DNA of 64,000 nt from the NCBI GenBank assembly GCA_973895155.1, contig OZ316894.1:11632728-11696727 (forward strand), written 5' to 3'. The position numbers and the translations under genes are program-made. Below are positions 49,129 to 64,000 of the stretch, piece by piece. The notes under the pieces are model-generated. The model was not told the DNA's origin, made no database searches, and was given only the letters and a program-made list of their open reading frames with translations. How positions within the stretch are numbered: position 1 is the stretch's first letter; each line of letters opens with the position of its first letter. This DNA is from Marsupella aquatica. Lineage: Eukaryota; Plantae; Marchantiophyta.

Positions 49129-52100
49129 ATGGGGGACCTGCTGTTCGACGACTTTGATGTGGATGCTCTCCTTGACGCTCAGAGTAGCGATGACGATGGG
49201 AGCGACCTACCCGAACTCGAGAGATCCCTTGATGACATCCTCAATGACACGGAATTCGCAGACATTTTGGGAGGTTCTGCTGCGTACGGTAAGTCATCCG
49301 GTGTTTCTCCGACATTTAGCACTCCCAAGAGCGCCGATCTTAGCGGTAATAAATGGCCTGCAGCAGCCATTGGACTGGAGGGAGAGGCGATTGAGGGAAA
49401 TTCACAGACCGGACTAGAATTTAGAAACGTGAGCAACGGGAAGAAGTTCGGCATTGTAGACCAGATTTCATCGGTTGCGTATGAAGACGATGATGGGAGG
49501 ACAGAAATGTTTTCCGCTGATGACCAGAATGAGAATTCTGTTCCCGAAATTCCCGACAGCACGAAGTCGGCAAGTGAGGTTTTCCCTTCTTACGGTTTAG
49601 AAAATACTTCGCACAGTGACAGATCTGAAGCGGCTGTGGAAGGCGCTGAGACAAGGGAAACGAAGAGGACTATTACAAACAACTACAGTGGATGGGAAAG
49701 TAACGGGAGATCTCTTGGTGAATCACCGTTGATTCACCCTCAATTTGCCAAACCCAGCTATGGTCCCAGGCCTGGCGATGCAATTGCCGCTGCGGCAGCC
49801 TTGTCTCGTCAGTCTGGGTCTCCACGCTCCTCTACTACGTCTAGGTTTATAAAACTTACGGGTAAGCATATTCTGCAGAAGAACTCTTCAGCAGAAATTC
49901 TGGACAATGACAACAGTGGTCGGGAGACAGACGCAAATTTTAGAAGGGAAGATTCCTCCTCAGCATCACAGGTTTCAGACGAAGCAGCCGCAATTCAGGA
50001 ATATTTTAGTTCCGCAGGTCGAGAAGATTTCGAGTATTCTAGCGGTAGGTTTTCAAACGATGGGGCTCTAGAATTTGGTAGTAAGCAGGGAGCTGCAAAT
50101 GAGGAAAGTGGCATTCAGTGGAAAAATGATAAAATACATGCAGAGGCCATCGCAGATCTCAGTGAAGAGGTCGAAATTCTGTCTACTCTTGAATCTCAAT
50201 TACACGAGGAGCCGGGCTATTCCAGTTCGTCAGATGATATTGAGCCTCCGCCCAAAGGAGAAGAGCCAGTCCCCGAGCATTCCTTCTCAATGGTTGTGCT
50301 CGATGAATCTTCATCTGATAGTGCATCGGATGTGGACGATGGTGTAAGTCCAATTGAAATTCAACCTGATTTTGACGTGAAATCTCCGACGGGTGCCGCT
50401 CGCCTCCCTGAGCCAGCAGCCGAAGCTTATCCCACGGAGCCCGAGTGGTCTGATGCAGCGTCATTGAACAACTGGATTGAGGAGACCGATGAGGACGCGA
50501 TTACGAGTACAGAAGCCACATCAAACGCCCAGCAACATAGGGTCCAGCGCCTTTTGACCAGGAGGAATTCTGTCGCTAGGAGTGTGGTGCGACTGACGTC
50601 AGACGAAGTAGAAGAAAACGAACCCAAAATTGGTGGGGAGAACAGAGAGGTGCAGCTGCTGACGGAAAAGTATCAATCCACAGCTTTACAGATAGCAGAA
50701 GAGCTCGAAAGAAATGCGGCTAGCTCAGGCTTACACTGGGAAGAAGGGGCTGTGGCGCAGCCAATGAGACTTGAAGGCATTCAGAGGGGTGCTCCTGCCA
50801 TTGGGTTATTGCAGCTTGATCGTGGGGGTTCGCTTTCTTACGCTTTGCAGTCTGCTACTTTGCGACGGGAGCATGGTATGCCACAAGCACTTGCTGTTCA
50901 CTCAAATTATATTGCCGTTGGATTGTCTAAAGGGGGAATATTAGTGATCCCGAGCAAGTACTCGGCAACGCGAATTGCAGATGAAACTGATGCTAAGGTA
51001 ACCACACAGTTCTCCGTATTTTCTCGATCTAATTAAAACTAATTCATGTTCACAAGCTCCTAGATACAATAGATTGAATCATTAAACATAATAACATGGC
51101 AATGGCAGACAACTAACAATGAGTACATATGGTGTAAAGATGTCATCTATACTGGCTGATGTTGTGTGTATGCACGAACGTCTTCGTAGTGCATAGTACG
51201 AAATTTTGCAAGTCATTAAAACCCTAGCTCCATTCATTCAGTGAAGTAAAAGACTGATCTCTAACAATTGATTTGTGTAGCACTTTGTCTTATCTACACC
51301 TGGACCGGACAAGTCTGTGAGTTCCATGTGCTTTAATCAGCTAGGTGATCTTCTTTTAGTGGGCTACTCCAATGGCCACCTGGTCCTTTGGGATGTGCCA
51401 AAGGCAAATGTTATCAAAACTTTGGAGAAGGAACACTCAGTTGCTATAGTTCATACTTTGTTCCTGGGGCAAGATATTCCTGGGGCTCGCAATTTTAAGG
51501 CGATCACATCTGATTCGAAAGGACTTACATTGCTTCATACTTTCACGGTGCTTCCAGTTCCAGTTCTGCGGCGCTACACAGTGAACACCACAGTAGGTCT
51601 CTCTACCTCATACTTTGGATAACCTAACATGTAGGCTTTAGGGGCCTCACTTCCAGATCTTGTCTTCTCACGAAGTCTATAAATTTGTAATCATCAGACT
51701 CTGATCTATCATATGTCATTCTGTTAAACCGACTATGGGAAGTGTGTATTCTGTTACTGATGCAAATCTCGGCATGTTTGTGATCATTTATCAGTGTATT
51801 TTGGATGGTCAAAGAACGGGAATAGTGCTCTCAGTCTCCCCATTGCTACCTGAGGAGGGATCCCAGAATGCTGGAGGGCAGAGTCCTGCACCACATGGGG
51901 GCACCTCAGTACCCATGAATCTCAGTAGTGTGATGGGGGTTGTTGGAGGAGCCACTGCCACTGCCACTGATGTGGGGCGGAAGTTTCTATACGATGGAGC
52001 TGCTTCTGAAGACAATGGAGGTGGCCTGGTCGTGTTTGTTACTCACCAAGTGGCCCTTGTGGTGAGCAAGATTCAACTTCCTCACAGAATGTAGATATCT

Positions 52101-55100
52101 TCTGCACTGGAACAATTTCTGCATACAGGCTGGATAGTGCGCTCTCCGTGCTAACGGGGGAGGGAGACGTTTAGATCTCTATACTTTTGATCATGTTGTG
52201 TGCGATTGAGGAACGTGATGACATGGTGGTTTAGACTTAGATGTACTACATTCTATCACTGCATGGATGGTCGTGTTTGTGTGATCATTGAGTCAAGAGA
52301 CTGAACAATTTGAATTTGTTGACAGGTAAGGTTGTTACCGTCTGTTGAAGTTTGTGCCAGACTGTCCCGACCTGAGGGCATACGAGAAGGTGCTATTCCT
52401 TATACAGCTTGGAGGCGTACCAAGTCTAAAGCAGGAATTCCCACTGGTTCTATGCTCCCATCAAGCACAAGTGAATCTATGTCCCAGTCTTTGCAAAAAG
52501 ATGATGGCCGTCCTTCTGAAAGCACTCAAAGTCAAGAAGCTGCTCCGGTAGAAGGGACGATGGTCAAAGTTAATGGTGAGGGAAGTGAAAACTGCCCCTC
52601 ACTCGCAATTGCGTGGGACAGGAAAATACTCATTTACCAGTTGCCAAAGTCAGAGTTAAAATCTGTTGCTCAGTGGGAAGTCGATAGTCCGGTTGTCGGT
52701 GTTGCATGGTTGGAGGAGCAGGTGGGGATCTGAACTAGTTCTACGTGTGATAGATTGCATTTAAGAAACCTTGAACAGAACTTATATTTGCATTCTATGT
52801 TCATATTTTTAATGTCATTTGCTTCAGGGAGTTTCTTTTTGTCAGAATTGCGTCCAGATCTGTAACTAATTGGGAGACATTGCTGGTGGTTTCTGGTCTT
52901 ACAGATGATGGTAGTTGCAACATCCAAAGACCAACTCTGCTTGTTTACAAATGAAGGGGTTGAGATAGAACGGGCAGTTTTGGGGACTGAGCATGGCGGC
53001 ATTGGGGCATTCATTTATCACACCCACTTTATGAATCTATACGGGAACCCTGAGAAGGCTTACCACAATGCACTGGCAGTGCGGGGAGCTGCTTTGTACT
53101 TACTCGGACCTAGTCAGCTGTGGAGAGCTCGCCTCTTACCGTGGAGGGATCGAATTAAGGCATTGGAGAATGCTGGGGATTGGATGGGTGCGTTTCACAT
53201 CGCTATGGAAATTTATGACGGGCGATCTCAAGGTGTGACGGGCCTTCCAAAGGGCCTTGATGCCATGCGAGATGCTATTATGCCAACTCTTCTGGCCTTA
53301 CTTTCTGCCTACATTGATGAAGCCTTTGCATATCTCTCCTTGGCACTTGGTCCTTCATCCTCAACCCCAATGATGAAGATTGCACCAGAACCTATTAAAA
53401 AACAGCATGAGCTATCTCAGCCACAAGGGTCAACCGCTCGTCAACCGGACAATGGCGTTGTGGAGGCCAGAGAGCAGTATGCGAGAGTAGGTGGTGTGGC
53501 CATTGAATTTTGTGTACATATCCGCAAAACAGAGGTTCTGTTCGAGAATGTTTTCAGCAAGTTTGAGGCAGTAGGTCAACGTGGTAAGACTTTCGCACAT
53601 GTTTTACTCTGTGGACTGCAAGTGCTACCTATTGTATGACATTCTAGACAGAAGTACCTGCAACCATGTATTTGAATTCAGGAACGAAAGTCTGTCTTTC
53701 TCATGCAAGCTAGGTGTTCCTGATGTCCCATTATTCCAGCAAACTTCGTCTTTATAGTTTGGAGAACTGAGATAATGCAGTGCCTTTTACAGGTACTTTT
53801 CTGGAATTGCTGGAGCCTTACATACTAAAGGACATGTTAGCTGGTCTGGCACCTGAGGTTAGTATTTAGAAAACTATCTGCAAGAAAAGACGTCCTTCCT
53901 GTCTCCAATTTTGCTTTCAGTTGTATGCATCTTGTACAGAAGCACCTTACTGGGTTTTTCCTGAACTATATGTTTGGTATCTTTAGGTGATGCAAGCTCT
54001 TGTGGAGCATTACAGCAGCCGTGGTTGGCTAAACAGGGTTGAACAATGTGTCCTGCATATGGACATCGGATCTCTAGATTTCAATCAGGTGAGCACAGAA
54101 TCTAATGGTACCCGTACTAATCATGTATGGGCATCGTACGTGCGGAGTATTTGACTAGTGATCCCCGACCTCTCTTTGTGAGAAGGATATTGTATTATTT
54201 GGGTTCCTGAACTCCTTCCTTACTGCTGTGGGGGTATCATTCCACAGTAAGTGTGTCAAATATCTTCTAAGTAGAAATGAAAAAGTGGGCGCATACTTCT
54301 CCGAGTATCTCCAACAATGGACATAAATTTGTTTTGTCGGTGGGTTTCCCTGAATTGGAACCAAAGCCAATACTTTGGTGCGGTTTTAGGAACCCAGAAT
54401 TTCGCGTCTCTCCACGGTACCACAATTTCGAGCTATGTTGTGGGCCAGGGTTCAATTGTACCACCTCTTGACAGGGAAAGGAAGGGAAGAAGGCTGCGAG
54501 GGCGTGAAGAGTTGTTAGTTTTTAGCGGACGATGAGCCTTTCTCTTACTTTTATGGTCACAGATAAAAGAGTTTTACAGTGGTAACGTGAGAAAGTTCTC
54601 AATTGGGCTATCTGGATTTGAATTGAATAGATCTGTTGTGTAAATTGTTTGATAGTAATATAACTTATTTGGCGTAATGAATATGAGAAGGATGAGAATT
54701 GCAGAAGGTGTAACTGATAACATTCTTACCACCTTTTCTGGTTGCTGTGGAGAAGGTTGTCCGCGTCTGCAGAGATCATGGGTTGTATAGCGCACTGATA
54801 TATCTGTTCACTAAAGGTCTCGACGACTTCAAATCACCACTCGAAGAACTCTTTGCTGTTGCTCAAAACTCAAAAGCCTTTGGGTAGGTTCATTATATGT
54901 GAAGTTTTTCACTTTTGTAGACTGCTGTATGGAAAGTTGAGTACCACTTAATCTGTAGATCGTACTTTAGATCAGGTTGCTGTGGCTGGTTATCTCATTC
55001 TGCATCCTTAATTTACGCAGGTACAAGCTGCTGGTGTATCTGAAATACTGCTTCACTGGGCTTGCATTCCCCCCGGGTACTTGTTGCTTTCTTGAAATTT

Positions 55101-58100
55101 GTAGGTTAGACATTGGAGGTAGATTTAAGTTTGAGCTTGTCACAGGGAGCCCGGTCACCCATTAAAGGTTACGTCCTGGCTGTTTATTTTGAGTTCATGA
55201 GTTGTTAGTTTTAGGTTTATTGGAGCAGTGTTGAGGTCTACTCGACAGCGTTCCTTGGGTCAAAAAACCAGGGTTTCTGTTGACTGTTTATTCCGGCAGT
55301 CAATCTTTGATTATGCGTGACTGGAATTGATCGAGAAATGGTATGGATGGCATTGCTAATGTAGATTTTGTGACCAACAGGCAACGGGACCCTCAGTGCG
55401 TCAAGACTACCTACACTGCGTGCAGAGTTGCTTAATTACATACTGGATCCAATGGAGACAAAGGGTGAGGGAGGCGAAAGTACTGTACAGAAATTATATC
55501 CACGACTGCTGTATCTTCTGAAATTAGACACTCAAGCCAGCCTGACGGTATTGGGAGCAGCATTTCCGGAACAAGGCCCTCTAGGCGTTGGTACGCGGGA
55601 CTGGGTTTATTCTTCAGGTGACGGCAAACCCGAGCACGGCAATGGAAATAGTCAGTTGCACTCAGAATTTAAGGGCTCCGATTTCCCGACGGGAGAGATC
55701 GTCATAGAAGGCCTTACTTTGGCCCAGAAGAATATTGATGCTGTTATACACATTCTCCAGGTTACCCACATTTCTGGCCACAGCGCAATGTCAGAATCAC
55801 CACCAATCTTTTCAAAGGAACAGTGGCCAACTGACAAGGACACAGGGGAGATGCTAGAGTTTGTGGCTCATTTTGCAGCTGGAAAATATGCCGTGGTGAC
55901 AGCAGCCATCATGCCCAACATTCTGGAGCATTTGACCTCCCCAGCTGTCAAGGGTTCTGCAGTTGCAGAGCTTTCAGAAAAGGGAAAGCAGGTCATCCAG
56001 AAGCAGAGAGAAGACTTGATGGTCGCCCTGCTCAGGGCTGTTCCTAAGTCAGAGTGGGATGCTCAGCGAGCCCTTGAACTTGCTCAAAATGCTGGATACT
56101 GGCAGGTATGTTAGGGGATTTTTTGCTTTGTAAGTATTAATCCAAAGAAGCTCAGTAGTCCCAAAACTTATTGAAAAGAGATGTCCGTTGGGTTTCCGAT
56201 CATCCACTTCGGTGAGCCAGTGCTACTGGTTTGAATCCAAACTGAATTATAACATTTTATATGCTACCAAGGTATCTCATCTCCCATTTGCTGCCATTCC
56301 ATGGATTTGTGGTCCCTCTCAGGCAGTACTTGCGGTACGAGTATGACATGTCCGATTCTGAACATCTTTTCTTTTCGATGTAGGTAACTGCCCTTGTATA
56401 TGCTCAGAAGAGTGACTATACTGCAGCATTGGATAACTACTTGAAAGATGCAACTCGACCACAGCATCCCTTCACTTTCACTAGCTATATGCTTTCTTCC
56501 GAAGGTGGTTTGGAGGGTTCAAGCTTAGCCAACTTTCGTGAAGCTGTGCTTGCAAGGCTTCCACAACTTATTGAAATGAGCACGTAAGTTTCTCTGTACT
56601 ATAAGAGTGTCTTCTAATGAAGTTCGTCATGGCTGTCTGTGTTAACCAGAGTAGGTTTTTGTCGTGCACGTTGCAGACGTCTCTGCCGCACTTTTGGTTT
56701 TTTTGCCAACGTACTTCGTTTACACTTCCTCTTCTACAACAGTCTTGAATCGTTAGACTTTAGCGTGAGTTCAAAATGACTTGAAAATAAACGTGCATGA
56801 ACTTGCTTAATTCTGCATAGATTACCTGCCTACTGTCTGTCTCATTCCTCAATTGGACCTCTGGACTTTTACATTTATTTCTTCATTTACTCTTGAAGCT
56901 GTGCCGTTTGGCTCCGTGTAAATAACAGTGAAATTTAATGTTGGATGTCATGTACTTTGAGCCTTTGTGAGAATGCGTGCATTTTGGCTTTCCTGACCGT
57001 TTTGACTTGCTCAAACTCGAATAACTCATGAGGCTTATCTTTGTATTTCAGGGTTTCGACGTTATTTATTGTTCTCAAGCACTTAAGTAATGAAAATCAA
57101 CGTATCTTGAGAGAACTAGCTCCCCATCCGAAGTTGCTGTTCAATTATCTGAAGTCTGTGATGAACATCCGCTCCAGTGGTCTGGATGATGAACAATTAG
57201 AACTCGAAGGAGATGTTGATTCTTCTCATCAATCAGTCCCTGGAGAATCATTGGACCTCGGTCGCAAGGTGGCCCTGGATTCCCATAGTGAAGAAAAGGA
57301 GAAAGATTTTTCTGTTCTGGATTCACAGGTTCACTTAGCCGATCTGCTGCAGCGTTCGGGACTAGAGTTCACAGTTGAAATGGCTGAGACGTTTGTTGAG
57401 GTGTGCGGAACCAATTTAATACTCTCTTTGTGCGTCTAGTACTGTCATTCTTGATCTGTTGAGGATTTTTCAACGTGCTCAACCCCTGCATTCTCGTCTA
57501 GATTGCCCGTTTTTGGTAATTTGTAGAAGGTTCTCCTGCAATTTACTTCTACAGTTTCTCTTTATGTGTGAAATCAACCGGGGTTTTCTCTTTATCACTG
57601 TTCTGCCGTGGCCCATGTTCTCTGGCTTTGTAATGCGTGCTCCTCGGTAGATCAACAGCAGGGTTTGACAAATGAAAGACATCATGTGACAAATGAAAGA
57701 CATCATGTTACTTAACAAGAATATAGCACCATTATTTACTCCTGTGATCACGTTTTTGTTTTGCAGCTGCTTTGTCGATTTGAACCAGAATCGGTACTCA
57801 AGTTCTTGATGAGATACGAGGACTACCGATTGGAGCATTGTCTAAAGCTTTGCCAGGAGTACGGCATTACCGATGCAGCAACATTCCTGCTAGAACGAGT
57901 TGGGGATGTCGTCGGTGCTCTGTCATTGGTGCTGGCAGATGTGGACAAGTCCATGCAAGACATGGATCAGGCTCTGTTACAATTGGCCAATACTCCCTCA
58001 TTCACAGAGACCTATGAAAGTTCCGAGGGGAATGAGTTTCTTAACTTACCAAAGGTGCGGCTTACCTCCATTAGTTTGCAAGGTTTTCCCACTAGGGTTT

Positions 58101-60136
58101 CCTTCACATTGCGAGATCTTTTAATCTCTTGGAGGGCATTATACCAGTTTGTTCAGCTGCATTGTCACTCAGGTTAAGTTTCATGGGGAAGTTAAGAAAT
58201 GGGATCAGGGAGCTCCAAGAACGTCCATGTTTCCTCAAGAGTCGAAACCCCAGTTTATTGTAAATGGGGGATGTGTAATCTTGATTGTGATTGTCACTCA
58301 GATATAACGGTGTCAGTGCAGCTAGAATGCCTTGCTTTGTCCTTCAGAAGCCCATTGAAAGGCTATGACTAATATCTGCTGTGCCCCTATAGTTAGTGGC
58401 AAGGAGTGTTGTGCCCATTTACTCGTAGGCATCGATCCATGGAAGATTAATGTACGCTGATCCTGGAGACTGTGGGCCCAAATGTTTCAATGCTGATGCC
58501 AGGTGGTAGTAGTCCATTCTGTTCTGCGTGCGGCAGTTGCTCTGTGCCAACGTAGTACTTTCAGTCTCGAACCACAGAAATCAGAATCTCTATGGTTTCT
58601 ACTTCTTGGCAGGTACTCATCTTTCCTTTGGAGATGTAGTGCTTGGAAGTTTGGCTTTCACGTCCTGCAATTTGGGTCTTTTTGAAGTCAAAAATGGGGA
58701 AAAGCTGTAGCCAATTTTACACTTAACTCTCAGAAGTTCTTGTCTCAATCTTGTGCTCTTGCAAATCTTGTGCTCTTGCAAATCTGGCTTCAGGTTTGTG
58801 GAACCTCTGCACAGCTTCAATAAGCAGATGAAGAGTGCCACCCATATAAAGCAGCATGCCACTAAGAGTCAGGTCAATCACCGCTTAGAGCAGGAGCGGT
58901 TATCCAGCAGGAATGGCCTACGGTGGAAGGTCTGGGGAAATGATCTTGCGTCCAAGCTTCTCAGGAAAGTTCTGGCGCAGTTCATTGGAGACATAGTGAA
59001 CGGAATGATGGGCTATGTCCCTCTTCCCACTATCATGAACAAGATTCTTGAGGACCACCGGGGACATGAGTTTGGGGATTTCAAGGCAACCATCTTAGAT
59101 ATGCTCAGCGCGTACGGTTACGAGCGAGCCATCCTGGTAAGGAACCGCATCTTCTCTGCTCTGTGCTGTCATCTTTCATGTTGAGTTTGGCCAAACAGCT
59201 GAGAGATAAATTTATTTACTGTGGTTTATTTCAGGGAACAGCCAAGCAACTGATAGAGGGCGACGCCTTTGAGAACATCAATGCACTCAAACGTGGCTGT
59301 ACTCATGCATTCAGTCCCACTGATAGTAATTGTGCAATTTGTGGACGCCGTCTTGATGAGCCTGGACCTGAAGATGTCAAAAGCTGGAACAGAAGCTCGC
59401 CAAGTAGTTCTCAAAGACAAACAAACAAAGACAAAGTGGATGACGAAACACAGTCCTCATCTTCAAACCTCAATCAACTTGGAATCCGGATCTTTCCGTG
59501 TGGCCATGCTACCCACGTGAGCTGTGTGGAGGTTCGGTCTGAATCTGAAAGTAGGCGGCCATGGAATGTGGCTATTTGCCCAATCTGCTCTCATATACGT
59601 CAACCTGTGGATCTCTCTTGGCACGGTAAGGATTCGAGTCTTGTAAGAGGCCTCGAGGGTCGACCTTGCAAATCAAAGAAGCATGATGCAATTTACTCCT
59701 CGAAGGAAGGCAGTGGATACAAAACAATCAACCAAGTCTCAGGGCACTCTCGGGTATGTCGTTGTCCCCTCAATCCATTTCGTGTGGTCCGACCTTGATG
59801 GAAGTACCAATGAACGGGTTTAAGGCTATGTATTTTCACGTAGCTTGATGGTACCAAATCTTCTGAAGGTGCAAAAATCCCAAATGATCTAATTTTAGAT
59901 GAATTGTGATGCAGCTGCAGCTCCTCAAACACTTAGAGAATGGTACCGAACTACATGAACTTGGCATGCCCTTAAAATTAAAGTTGGCGCCAATGATTAC
60001 TCTAAACAAGCGAGTGAGCTCGACAAACAGTGGGTCTGGTCGCCTGAGAGGCACTGGAAAGTCTTCATTAGCGACTAGCTCTAGGGGAGAGAACGCAATA
60101 ACAGTGCAGCGCAGGCCAAAGCCTCGTGCACGGTAG
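49129..60136 (+). CDS. VPS8: Vacuolar protein sorting-associated protein 8 homolog (CORVET subunit), ~2209 aa
   Basis: 17 phase-consistent GT-AG exons: 49129-50997, 51281-51592, 51795-52061, 52326-52721, 52905-53583, 53793-53857, 53987-54088, 54756-54883, 55021-55076, 55381-56105, 56384-56583, 57052-57400, 57767-58054, 58503-58612, 58794-59136, 59235-59753, 59915-60136. Motifs GLHWEEGAVAQPMRLEG, WD40-like repeats, FLELLEPYILKDML, RVEQCVLHMDI, and a C-terminal RING (CAIC..CGHATHVSC..CPIC). Confidence 0.95.
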
Positions 60137-63100
60137 TCACAGCCTTCTATGACTCTGGTGAGTTCGCTAATTTATGATCAATAGAATCCATCACATCCGA
60201 TATACCATCTATTGTTCAAGATGACGATAGTTTTTCTAGATGTGCGTTGTTGATGATGCGAATGTTATAAGATATGTGAGTTGCAGCATATTTTCACCAG
60301 TGGTTCGCCTTAAGAGTGTTGAGAAATATTTGCTTGCAAATCTGAGCTGGTTATGTGTAACTGCTACATGATTTGGTTTGCAGGTTTCACTCTGAATGAA
60401 GCAGCTTACATTTCTGCTCGGCACATCAGGTAAACTGGGCGACACCTAAGTATTCCTACACGGGTGGTTGATATACTTCCTTGAGTTGGTTATCGTAGCA
60501 TCGTAGCTTTGCAGCAACTATTAATGTCCTGGAATCGTAACTCTTCTGGAAAAACCTTTGTGATCGTGTCAGTGTCTTGCCGAAGTTGGTAGCTTGTGTG
60601 TCCCAGAAAATTTTGTCCATTTTCTGTTATATGTCAACATAGGAAATGTGCTTGTTGATATTCCTTTCTTTCGACTTCAGTGTGTTTTATCCTAACAAGG
60701 TGCACCTTTTTGTCATTATGTTTCTAGATGATTTTGGCTCCACCATCATTATCCTTGAGGCTAGCACCTCAGTGGCGGAGGACAATTGCTACTTCCCTTC
60801 ATTGGGGAAGAAAAACTGCTGACATGCATGCAAAAGCCACACGGGATCTGATGCCCATTCTGCATGACAAGTATCTGTGAGAGATCTGCAGAAAGGTGAA
60901 TCTCACAACCAAACGCTCATGACTGATGGGTGGTTTTACTATAGATTTGGGAATTTTAGTATAGTATTTCAATCTTCAATGTAAATAAAGGTGCTACTGG
61001 GTTACTAAGTTGGTCTGCTGTAGGTTGCTACTGATTTTTGACATTTGAAGGGGCTGATGAATCCAAGTTAATCCGAATACCTTTTTCGTGGCCTGTGGAC
61101 ATACACCAGATTCAACTATTCAACTCACACGAGCAGAATTTCATTCACAATGCAGTAGACGTGTTCGTCCACTCCAGGCGTCCAAATACAACAGATCCAT
61201 ACGAAGCTCATGTCAAAAGAAAATGTGGGGTGCCACATGTAAAAATTGTATGAGCAAGCAATTTTACTATTCATGATATATTGTTTATTCTTTTGGTGGG
61301 TCAATACCCCATGGAGGACCCTTGTTTGAAGATCACTACAAGTTGGATATGAAGCAGTTGAGAATTGGCTAGTCTTCCAAGTTTACCATTGAATGTCCAC
61401 TTTTCGGAGTAATGATGAAGTCATTTAATATCAAATGACTGAGGTATGGAATACAAGTAAGAATATGTTATCATGATTCATTAAATTCTATTACAGTAAA
61501 TAACAATGTAATAATTTTTCATGAGTATCCATATGCTAAATCTAAACCACCACATCACCTGGTAGTCATTTCAAATGATTATGGTTAAACCTAGATTTTC
61601 ATGTTATCTTACACTTGTTCAAAGATGGTGTATAATGAAGTACACTCGTTGAATGATGGTGTATTATGAAGATAGTAATTAAAGTTAATAGCAATTGTTA
61701 TAATGTTCTCTAACGCTGATTCTCTTGTCATAATAGTTGAAAACAATAGTAATAGTAATCACTATAATATCTCTGATGATGATTCTCCTGTCAGCAGGAG
61801 AACACTGACGGAGTTGGGTTTTTGGTTGTAGTGTATATAACCTCTCATACTGAAATATCTTGACATATAAAGTTATGGATTGGCGTGTATATGACCACTT
61901 ACACTTCAATATCTTCCGGGGAACCAATCACTCATTTGCTCTATTGACTTTGCCCTTGGATGGACTGCTCAGCGTTCGGCACGTCTTTTCTTATATATAT
62001 GGATTATCTGGAAGAAACGAAACTCCAGTCTGTTCCATAGTCAATCTGTTGTGTTCTCCCCTTTTGTTGTCGCTTCTTCCACTGTTCAACACCTTCACTC
62101 AGTTGCCCTTTGTGCGGAGTCTAAGAAAAATAAAATACGACTGTACTATGCTAAAAAATATGTCTCTTAAAGACTCTTCAGATTCGGTCAAGCCGGTGAC
62201 CCCATTCTGTTCTCGGCCTCCTGATAGGTCTCACACATATGCATTCTACTCTCTCTATTGTTTCCCCATGCTAGAGTCAATCAATCTCGGAAAATTAGAT
62301 AATTAATTCTTAGAATCGTCTCTTTGACTTGCCACAAGAAAATCTTCAAAAATTACGCTCCTCAATACACTGTACTGTCGATTTAGAAGGCCCTTGGCAT
62401 TTCGCCAAACGCTACATTCATAGTCGAGTCCGTTCCCTTTCCTTGATAACAAAACCTCGTCGTTATGGCAATGACAGCAGCTTCAAGTACGGGATTTATG
62501 GACTGTGCCAACCCATAGCAGGGTACTTAATACCAGTTTGGACGGTTGGAGAATATGCCAAGAATGTTTCTCTCAGACCGTAGATGTTTCAGATCGACGG
62601 ACACAGTAAACCTGGCAGGACTCTCGAGAGCGCACAACTTTGAATCGCCCCTTTCAGAAATTAATGCCCCACTGTCCGACCCAAGAACTCTCTGACTGTA
62701 CCCTGTACTCTTACGGAATGTGTCATAACTCCCACCCAGCTTTCTGATGGAGCCTTTACTTTACATCTGCTTACAATCTCTGTTACTACTGTAGTTATGA
62801 AGTCAGTTATTTTTCCTTTTCTTTCCTTTTGGTCAGTTGTGTGGTTGCCTTTGAGCACTGGTGTGCCTTCCGCTCCCACCCAAAGAGACGTTGACAGCGC
62901 AGTAGCCCGTGACAGAATGAAAGAATAGAATAGAATAAATTTGCAATGGTCAAGGGGACGAAGATGAATTTTGTGACGTCCGCTAGAAAGAGAAATATTG
63001 CGGTCCCAGACTGCACGACATACAGTATATCTTGATATTTACAGTTGTAAATATCTCTCCTGTCATGTCATCCTCGGACCCTACCTGTGGCCTCTCTTAC

Positions 63101-64000
63101 AGCATCATCTTACCAGTTACGTGTCATGGTGGTGCTATTTTTCGTCAATTAATGTAACAACGCAAAGTGATCCTCCTCTTCTAGTGTTCTTTCTCAGCAA
63201 ACAACTCTCCACCAGAAAGTAAAGCTTTGAAAGTATCAACCATGGAGTTGTACTGTAGTTTGAATTACATCATTGACACGGGCTTGCAACACTTAAGTTG
63301 AATTCTCTCACGTGACAAAAGTTTTATGAACGCTTTACACTCTTACACATGCCTGAAGTCAATAGTTCTCCACCAGCGAGTTCTACCCTTAGGATTGTCA
63401 TTTCACCCTTGACACGGATTTGTCACAATTACAGTTCTCTCAAGTACTAGTAGAAGCCTTACCTAGGCTTTCGACTTTTACACATGATTGGGGCAATCCC
63501 TTATTAACCTTCAGATATTAATTTGATGATTGGAGTACAGGAATTTGTAGTGGGATGCAACTGACAGTCCACTCGGGCCAAGACATTGGGGCCAGAAAAC
63601 TGGTTCGATCTCGTCAACTACAAGTTAAGTCTCGTCTCGATTTCTGTCGCTCCATGACCTATGAATCCGTTTGCGATTGAAAAGCAGAAAAGTGAGTAGG
63701 ATTCCTTACGGCGTGACTCCTTACGACGATTCCCTGTCAGTGTTTGGATCAAGTCCAATAGAAGTTTATTATGTGTTGTCCTTAGTTAAAGAATCCATTT
63801 TGTCCATTAGAATAAACGTATGTCCTTGAGGGCTCATTGACGAATGGACGGGAGGCTGCTATGCAGTCAGCTGACAAAACCGGGAATCAATGGGTAAATC
63901 GTATACAATTACATATGTCAAGGTAAAGGCCAAACTGACAAGATTAATGAATGGCCAAAGAGCACCGCGATTGGCCTCCTTCTGTGGTGTTCCTCGGCTG

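Noticed and set aside
61685-63222. Short ORFs downstream of VPS8
   Set aside because: No family motifs or consistent splice structure that I can support.

Overview
Eukaryotic nuclear DNA from a land plant, most likely a bryophyte and probably a liverwort, inferred from an alpha/beta-hydrolase-NB-ARC-LRR gene. Three intact spliced genes can be reconstructed: a BAHD acyltransferase (- strand, 2 coding exons), a P4H9-like prolyl 4-hydroxylase (- strand, 8 exons) and VPS8 (+ strand, 17 exons). There is also a frameshifted hydrolase-NLR pseudogene with a GHCLG nucleophile elbow. Between the divergent P4H and VPS8 genes lies a decayed Helitron Rep/Helicase gene with Helentron/Helitron2-type motifs, a spliced C-terminal extension of unknown function, and candidate inverted end motifs shared with local MITEs and a tandem array. 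Other mobile DNA includes a foldback element with a nested 8-bp-TSD MITE carrying a tRNA-like segment, a decayed CRE-like RLE retrotransposon, a solo LTR, a dispersed hairpin repeat family and several tandem duplications. All calls come from reading the sequence by eye; no searches were run.
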